DNA from: Clostridium sp. CAG:245
GTDB lineage: Bacteria > Bacillota > Clostridia > TANB77 > CAG-508
NCBI GenBank assembly: GCA_000435175.1
Contig: FR880072.1
Coordinates: 19,114-82,336 of the forward strand
DNA: 63,223 bases
Reading direction: 5' to 3'
Below, in pieces: positions 57,106 to 63,223 of this stretch; within the stretch, counting starts at the first letter, position 1, and each line of letters opens with the position of its first letter. The translations under genes and the position numbers were made by a program. A model generated the notes under the pieces. It was not told where the DNA came from and did not search any database. It worked only from the letters and a program-made list of their open reading frames with translations.

Positions 57106-58347
57106 TTATATTACTACTTTATCTAAAACTTTTTCTGTTTCAGCTTCTACTTTTTTGTAGCATCCTTCCGATGTACAGCTGTTTTTCAATTCTTTCATTG
57201 CACCTAGTGCAACTAGTTTTCTCTTGTAAAATTTAATTATTCTAAAATATCTATTATAATTTTTGTACACTTCTTTTAGTTCTCTTTTTAAGAATAATAT
57301 TTCTTTATTCTTTGAATATTCCATGTAACTCTTTTCTCTTAGTTCATTAACTTTCTTATATTCAGCATAAAACTTTTTGTATTCTTCCCTATCAGAAGGT
57401 TTGTCCCAATAAATTTTTGTAGATAAAAGCCTTAAATTGTAATCATCTATAATGTTGATTAACAATCCATAAGCTTTTTCTTGCTTTCTAATAACTTTTG
57501 TGTCCATTATTAAAGTTCTTGCATCTACTAAAAGTTTTTCATAACATTGTTCTGCAATTACAAGTGGCAAACTATGTGTAAATAATTTTCTGCTTATTCC
57601 AAGTAATATCATATTTTTTTCAATTACATCATTTTGATCAAGTTTGCCAACTGTAAATCTTTCGAAGTTTTCATAGTCTGATAATATTTCTTTATAAATT
57701 TTATTATCAGGTTCTTCTTTCATTTTTATTGGTAAAATATCTGTTATATATTCTTCAACTGTTCCAAAGATTTTATTATAAATTTCATCTTTTTCTCTTG
57801 GTTGTAAATCATCAGATAATTTTATTGAATAATTTTTCAATAATTTTTTATATAAAGCTTCCATTCTACTAGCATAAAAATGCTCATATCTATCTGTAAG
57901 TTTTTCTTTATTTAATTCTTTTACCGTGTCATAATCCAACTGTATTAAGAATATTTGCTTTCTGTATTTATACTCCAAATATTCAGTATCTTTTAAGTGA
58001 ATTACCATGTAATACTTAGACAATGCTTCTCTTTCGAAACCTGTTGCTGTATCATTTTTTACTTTTTTGTAAACATTATCCATCATGTGTTTATCTATTG
58101 CTTCAAGATAAAGAGAAAACATATCCTCATATTTTTTCTCTACTTCATCCTTTTTGTCTGCTTCTACATTTTCACTATTTGTGTAATTTTCATAAGCTTT
58201 TAAAACATTGTTCCTCTTTATAGAAATTAACATTCCATTAATTCCTATCTTTGTTGGTATTAATAGTTTTGTGATAGTATTTGTTAATTTAGTAAAAAAC
58301 TTTTTATCTGAGTAAACTCTAAGACTTTTTTCTTCCATATCTCTCAT
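57106..58347 (-). CDS. Hypothetical protein occupying the usual phoH/pgpH slot
   Basis: 413-aa ORF packed tightly between yqfD (4-nt gap) and ybeY (18-nt gap). It is Lys/Glu/Tyr-rich, with no P-loop, HD or TM motif visible. Confidence 0.6.
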   Translation of the reverse strand: MRDMEEKSLRVYSDKKFFTKLTNTITKLLIPTKIGINGMLISIKRNNVLKAYENYTNSENVEADKKDEVEKKYEDMFSLYLEAIDKHMMDNVYKKVKNDTATGFEREALSKYYMVIHLKDTEYLEYKYRKQIFLIQLDYDTVKELNKEKLTDRYEHFYASRMEALYKKLLKNYSIKLSDDLQPREKDEIYNKIFGTVEEYITDILPIKMKEEPDNKIYKEILSDYENFERFTVGKLDQNDVIEKNMILLGISRKLFTHSLPLVIAEQCYEKLLVDARTLIMDTKVIRKQEKAYGLLINIIDDYNLRLLSTKIYWDKPSDREEYKKFYAEYKKVNELREKSYMEYSKNKEILFLKRELKEVYKNYNRYFRIIKFYKRKLVALGAMKELKNSCTSEGCYKKVEAETEKVLDKVVI

Positions 58348-58351
58348 CCTT

Positions 58352-59536
58352 TCAAAATACTATTTTTTCTTTAGTCCCAATATTTTCTAATACCTCGTAG
58401 GTAACCTCTGCCTCTACATAATCATTATTTACATTGGTATTTACATACTTTTGTAATACCTCCGGATTATCCTGCAGTTTTTCTTCTATTTTTTTGCATG
58501 CTTTTTGCACACTTAATTGCTTTGCTTCCTCAGTTCCGTAGGTAATTTGCTTTTCTACTATTTCTGAATTTGTAATTTTTACAAGTTCTATTGGCAAATA
58601 AAAATTAGAAAATATTTTTACCGAATTGCACGTTTCTATTGTATCATATTTTTCAAATTTTGGAAGGGTTTTGAACAAATTTATTGTAAAATTATTTATT
58701 TTTATTTTATATTTTTCTTCTGTGTTTCCTGTTTTTTCTTCAATTACCTGATTTAGAGCCACTTTTCCCTTTTCTGTGTACCAAACTTTCGCCTTTACTT
58801 CCCCCTCCGCATGTACATACCTAGTACCAGTATACTTGCCGTCTATCCAACCCGCAATAAGAATGTCTCCTTTAGTTACAACATCATCTTGTTTTACTAC
58901 GGGGATACCGTTTTGTGCACTTATCTTTACTATCTGTGCATCTTTTGTTGCAATAATGTTACAATAATCTTCTTCGTTTATTATTTCAGGTTTAGCTTCT
59001 GCTTCCACTATCTTTACAATAGCATTTGTGCCTTCAATACTTATTCCAATCCAAGCAATATCAGCTCTTTTCAGCCTTATCTCATTTATTATCTCTTGCG
59101 AATTGACTCTACTCTTTAAAGTCCCTACTTTTAATCCCTTTTGTTCAAGCATAGAAACAATTTCACTTTGATTAATTTTGTTATTTCCTTCTACTCTTAT
59201 ATTCCATACAAATTTAGAAGTAACAATTAGCAATATTGCAATTAAAATAACGAAAAATGCAAATATTTTTCTTTTTCTATACCTATTTAATATGAAAGGT
59301 AATCCTTTTTTCTCCTTAATTTGTATCTTGCATTTGCATTCTCTAGCAATTCTGCACAGTCTTTTAAAATCTTTTATGCCAGTATTTATATATACAATAG
59401 TGCTCTTCTCTCTTTTTACATTCCAGAAAAATATATTTTCATTTATACATTTATTTATAAACTTTTCAACAAAATATCCTTCAATCTTTATATTAATATA
59501 CCCAAGAATATATTTTATTAAAATTCTAAAAAACAT
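58352..59536 (-). CDS. yqfD: Sporulation protein YqfD
   Basis: 394 aa, adjacent to yqfC, with a central TM helix (IFAFFVILIAILLIVTSKFVW). The size and layout fit YqfD. Confidence 0.8.
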   Translation of the reverse strand: MFFRILIKYILGYINIKIEGYFVEKFINKCINENIFFWNVKREKSTIVYINTGIKDFKRLCRIARECKCKIQIKEKKGLPFILNRYRKRKIFAFFVILIAILLIVTSKFVWNIRVEGNNKINQSEIVSMLEQKGLKVGTLKSRVNSQEIINEIRLKRADIAWIGISIEGTNAIVKIVEAEAKPEIINEEDYCNIIATKDAQIVKISAQNGIPVVKQDDVVTKGDILIAGWIDGKYTGTRYVHAEGEVKAKVWYTEKGKVALNQVIEEKTGNTEEKYKIKINNFTINLFKTLPKFEKYDTIETCNSVKIFSNFYLPIELVKITNSEIVEKQITYGTEEAKQLSVQKACKKIEEKLQDNPEVLQKYVNTNVNNDYVEAEVTYEVLENIGTKEKIVF

Positions 59537-59550
59537 ATTTTTCTCCTAAC

Positions 59551-59835
59551 TCAATCTTCTATTTTTTCGAAATCAATAGTCTCTATGTCACCTGTTACCA
59601 TTATATCGTCACTCGTCATCTCACTTAATTTTAAATTAAACCCATTTATATTTATAATTCCGATATAAGTTTTTATTCTTATGTATATATCTTGATATTC
59701 TAGAATGACCTTATAATTTTCTATAAGCATCTTCTTAAATCCTGCTATAGTTAGCTTTGGCTCATTTGTACATATTTCTTTCGGCACTTCTAAAATTCTA
59801 TTTAGTGTGCTCTCTTTTTTACGCTTTCGTAACAT
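59551..59835 (-). CDS. yqfC: Sporulation protein YqfC
   Basis: 94 aa containing PKLTIAGFKKMLIENYKVILEYQDIYIRI, directly upstream of yqfD. Confidence 0.8.
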   Translation of the reverse strand: MLRKRKKESTLNRILEVPKEICTNEPKLTIAGFKKMLIENYKVILEYQDIYIRIKTYIGIININGFNLKLSEMTSDDIMVTGDIETIDFEKIED

Positions 59836-59857
59836 AATCTCACCTCTGTAATATATT

Positions 59858-60700
59858 CTATCTTTCGAAATTGTCTATATTTCTAAATTCATACCCTCTA
59901 TTTTTTATCTCTTTTATTACCTCATCTAATATATTGCTATTATCTTTTGAAGTTGCATGTAATAACATTACCTCTCCATTGTGAACATTATCTAAAATTT
60001 TCTTCTTTCCATACTCTTCTCTTCCCTGTTTCTTTTCATCCCAATCATCATATCCAAAAGACCACATTACAGTCGTATACCCAAGTGTATTTGTATAAGC
60101 CACAGTTCTCTCACTATACTCTCCTTTTGGTGGCCTCATGTACTTCATTTCGTATCCGAATTTTTCATAAATTGCCGAATGTAAGTCCATCATTTCTTTC
60201 TTAATAGTATCTAAACTACAATCTGGCATTGATTTATGATTAACAGTGTGATTTCCAACTATATGTCCTTCATTAATCATTCTCTTAACCAATTCAGGTT
60301 GTGTATTTACATAGTGTGCAGTTATAAAAAATGTAGCTTTTACATCATTTTGCTTCAATACCTCTAATATTTTTTCTGTATAACCAGCCTCATATCCCAT
60401 GTCAAATGTTAAATATACATACTTTTTCTCTTTGTTTCCCATATAAATCCCGTTATATTTATCTAAAATCTCCATGTTCTTCTTTCCAACATCTGGTTGC
60501 TCAGAATTGTTGTTTCTCTTTATTCCCCAGCCAATTTTATTGTTTGGCAACTTTTCAATTTGTGCTAATTCTCCACTCGTATGTACAGCAATATTATTTT
60601 CTTTATTCATTTGTCTAGCAAAACAAATTCCACCTATCATAAAAACCATAAAAATAGCAATAATTGCAATCTTCTTGCCCTTGATTACTCTCATAAGCAC
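59858..60700 (-). CDS. pdaA: Polysaccharide deacetylase, PdaA-like (delta-lactam-biosynthetic de-N-acetylase)
   Basis: Signal/TM helix, then YLTFDMGYEAGYT, ATFFITAHY and GNHTVNH motifs, as in PdaA-type NodB domains. Confidence 0.7.
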   Translation of the reverse strand: MLMRVIKGKKIAIIAIFMVFMIGGICFARQMNKENNIAVHTSGELAQIEKLPNNKIGWGIKRNNNSEQPDVGKKNMEILDKYNGIYMGNKEKKYVYLTFDMGYEAGYTEKILEVLKQNDVKATFFITAHYVNTQPELVKRMINEGHIVGNHTVNHKSMPDCSLDTIKKEMMDLHSAIYEKFGYEMKYMRPPKGEYSERTVAYTNTLGYTTVMWSFGYDDWDEKKQGREEYGKKKILDNVHNGEVMLLHATSKDNSNILDEVIKEIKNRGYEFRNIDNFER

Positions 60701-60956
60701 TCTCCTTTTTTCGATACTATTTAATTCTATGATAAAAACTTATTAATATAACAAATTTATAGACAAAAAAATAACGATACACTTGCCGAACATAAGCATT
60801 GCATCGTTTTTTAATAATTCTCTTCAATCTCTAATTTAAAATATTTCAATTGTTACCCATATATTCAAATTAGAAATTTTTATTCATTTTTCACATAATT
60901 CAAATAATTTTCATTTACCTCTTGCATTTTGCATTAGGTACAATTTTCTTTCGTTT

Positions 60957-61454
60957 TTACATTGTAGCAGATGAAACATGGAATACCTCTCCATTCTTTC
61001 CTATCTCATTTAAGGTTCTCTTTAATATTTTATGGTCATCATCTAAAAGTATAACATAATCATATTCATTCAATTTTTCCATCATTTTAATACTCTTTAT
61101 AAATTCTCTATTTTCTGCATTATAATCTCCATTTTCTTTATTTAACAAGATATAGTTTTCTTCCCTAATAAATGGAGCATATTTCTTAAGCCATTGCTTC
61201 TTTTCCTCTACTATTATAAAGCTTCTTGCAAGAGACAAGATATATACATCTAAATTATCAATCTCATTTATTTTTTCTAAATTTTTTAGAATTACTTCCA
61301 ATGGTTCTGCATTTAAAAATACTTCCTTTGTTTCAGTTGTTACAAAATTTTCTGGGAAAACTCTGTATTCCACAATTGTGCCATCCATATCAACAAAAAG
61401 AGCTACTTTTTTATGTTTTTTGCAAATTTCTTTTATTCTATTATAAAATTCCAT
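60957..61454 (-). CDS. HAD-superfamily hydrolase (5'(3')-deoxyribonucleotidase-like)
   Basis: Contains the DxD motif FVDMDGTIVEY and later LLDDD. The start is at ATG 61454. Confidence 0.6.
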   Translation of the reverse strand: MEFYNRIKEICKKHKKVALFVDMDGTIVEYRVFPENFVTTETKEVFLNAEPLEVILKNLEKINEIDNLDVYILSLARSFIIVEEKKQWLKKYAPFIREENYILLNKENGDYNAENREFIKSIKMMEKLNEYDYVILLDDDHKILKRTLNEIGKNGEVFHVSSATM

Positions 61455-61580
61455 AATTTCCCCCAAAAACAATTTTCATAGATATATATATTTTACAATA
61501 TTTTCAGTAAAAGTGCAAGTATTTTGCAACTTTCGACATTTTTATTTTATTTTTTTAATTAAAATATTGACAATATTTAA

Positions 61581-61611
61581 AATTTGGAATATATTAGTAA
61601 TCAATTTGGAA
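61581..61611 (+). promoter_or_regulatory. Pair of 9-bp direct repeats (candidate LytTR binding site) upstream of the response regulator
   Basis: AATTTGGAA at 61581-61589 and 61603-61611 are separated by 13 bp. A TATAAT lies at 61639-61644. A separate TTGACA-17-TATATT promoter lies at 61567-61595. Confidence 0.4.
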
Positions 61612-61679
61612 AAAATTGGGTAGTTTCTGTTTTTTCAATATAATCCCCGATTTATTTTATATTTAAAGGAGATGAGCTT

Positions 61680-62400
61680 ATGATAAAATTTGCACTATGT
61701 GACGACAATGTTCAAGTATTGTCAAAATTGAAGGAAATGTTGGAAAAAATTTTCCTAAAGTATGACTACCGGAGCCACAATAGTGTTTACTGCATCTAAC
61801 TCCGGAGATTTATTGAATTACTTAAATACTAATACCGTTGATGTTCTATTTCTGGATATAGACCTCAATTCAACATTAAATGGCATTGAAATTGCTAAAC
61901 AAATTAGAAAAACAAATAAATTTACATATATAATTTTTATTACAGCACATTTTGAATATATTGTTTCGGCTTATGAATGCAAGACGTTTGATTTTATTCA
62001 TAAGCCATTTAATATTTCTACTTTAGAAAAAACTATAAATCGTCTATCAGAGGACATACGAAATAACTCAACTAAATTTTTAAATTTGAACAACAATAAA
62101 CAATTAGTAAATCAAACTCTTGTAAACTTTATTGAGAAATCAGGTGCCAAAACGGTATTTAATTTAACTACCGGCATAGTAGAGACATATGGCTCCTTCA
62201 ATAAAATTTCTCTGAGTCTCCCAAAAAATTTTGTTAGATGCCACAAATCTTTTATTGTTAACATTAATAACATTCGAAATATAGATTTTAAGACAGACAC
62301 TATATTCTTTAAGACTCCGCCAAACTCTTTTTGTTTCATTGGCGGAAAATACAGAAAAAATTTTATGGAGGTTATAAATAACTATGGAAATTTTAAGTAA
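61680..62400 (+). pseudogene. LytTR-family (AgrA/VirR-like) response regulator interrupted by a frameshift
   Basis: ATG 61680, behind AAGGAG, encodes MIKFALCDDNVQVLSKLKEMLEKIFLKYDY and then stops at 61797. The rest of the receiver (VDVLFLDIDL) and the LytTR domain (FVRCHKSFIVNINNI) continue in the +1 frame, which is open from 61759. Confidence 0.7.
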
Positions 62401-63223
62401 TCTATGGGTAGCAATGACTACCGAAAATGAAACTATTATAAATATATTATTAATATTATTTCTTTTTATAGAAATTCCTATAACAATGCAAATCTTTCTT
62501 ACAATATTTAATGTCAGATCAACTGTAAAGCAAAAACTTTCTTATCTAGCTCTAACCGTGCCTATTGGAGCCTTTTGTGTTTTCTTTATTCCAAAACCAT
62601 ATAGTAATATAATAACAATGGTAACTGCACCTTTTATTATAATGGGAGTATTTAAAATGAATTTCTTTAAAGCTCTTCTATCCGAATTTTTTTCAATTGC
62701 AATAATTACTGTTTTAGAAATAGCCCTTGCAAGAATCTTTTTCTTCATTTTCCATATAGATTATGATGCATGTGCATATATTCCAGTTTTTAGAATTGCA
62801 ATTAACTTTTCTATATATTTTTTAATTTTACTTATGTGCAAAATAGTAAAAGAACACAAATTTAATATAAAACTCTTTGACAACATCGGCACGCGTGAAA
62901 AAATAACATTATTCTTAAATCTTACAATTGCATTTATCGTACTCTTTATGCAAATGTATTTAATCGGTTATTACAACGATACACTTCCTGCATTTATTGT
63001 TTGGGTTAATCTATTGTCATTAATTTCTTACTTTGTATTAAGCTTTTATAGTATCATCAAAACTATGAATTTGCAGAAAACTAAAGATGATTTAGAACAA
63101 GAAAAGCAATACAATAAAACTTTACAAATTCTTCATGATAATATTAGAGCCTTCAAACATGATTTTGCAAATATAATTTCAGGCATTGGTGGTTATGTTG
63201 AAACAAATGATATGGAAGGACTA
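62384..63223 (+). CDS. AgrC/VirS-like (HPK10) sensor histidine kinase, N-terminal part (runs off the window)
   Basis: The frame stays open from ATG 62384 to the window end and is absent from the ORF track. It has multiple TM helices, then the H-box region LQILHDNIRAFKHDFANIISGIGGY. It overlaps the regulator's 3' end by 17 nt. Confidence 0.75.
   Translation, partial: MEILSNLWVAMTTENETIINILLILFLFIEIPITMQIFLTIFNVRSTVKQKLSYLALTVPIGAFCVFFIPKPYSNIITMVTAPFIIMGVFKMNFFKALLSEFFSIAIITVLEIALARIFFFIFHIDYDACAYIPVFRIAINFSIYFLILLMCKIVKEHKFNIKLFDNIGTREKITLFLNLTIAFIVLFMQMYLIGYYNDTLPAFIVWVNLLSLISYFVLSFYSIIKTMNLQKTKDDLEQEKQYNKTLQILHDNIRAFKHDFANIISGIGGYVETNDMEGL

Overview
This is 63.2 kb of a very AT-rich chromosome from a spore-forming Firmicute, probably Clostridia-like. 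Single 60-nt lines I counted by hand in core genes give about 28% G+C. Most of the window is core housekeeping, mainly on the minus strand. It includes the S10 ribosomal-protein operon (rpsJ to the start of rpsQ), spoVG, murC, deoB, thrS with a Thr T-box, pgi, spoIIP, hisS, relA and recJ. It also includes lysS, an alpha-glucan phosphorylase, an Rrf2 regulator, two tRNAs (CAU and Tyr-GUA), mreB, lexA with an SOS box, obg, trpS and rplU-rpmA. The rest is RNase E/G, pth, era-yqzL-recO, ybeY/dgkA, yqfC/yqfD, pdaA and the start of a LytTR/AgrC-like two-component pair. I saw no rRNA, CRISPR array, integrase or transposase. Four genes have clearly higher GC (hand counts 42-55%) and their own GC-rich hairpins: a 68-aa ORF (6500-6706), a PhoH2-type ATPase (29286-30641), a beta-CASP nuclease (30948-32366) and a thymidylate-kinase-like P-loop protein (38625-39242). 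The best candidate for something new is the 3.8 kb insert between recJ and lysS. It carries a PhoH2 ATPase whose PIN domain appears to have lost its acidic catalytic residues, next to an apparently intact beta-CASP metallo-beta-lactamase nuclease. I do not recognise this pairing as a named system. Other points worth a second look:
- a 137-nt tandem repeat that triplicates the 3' end of tRNA-Tyr
- a 33-nt GC-rich hairpin family placed right after stop codons
- a divergent small alarmone synthetase beside the S10 promoter
- Lys/Thr-rich tails on L29 and L27, plus L27 without a propeptide or prp gene
- an unknown 413-aa ORF in the slot where phoH/pgpH normally sit
- a frameshifted LytTR response regulator

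All functional calls come from reading motifs by eye. No database search was possible.
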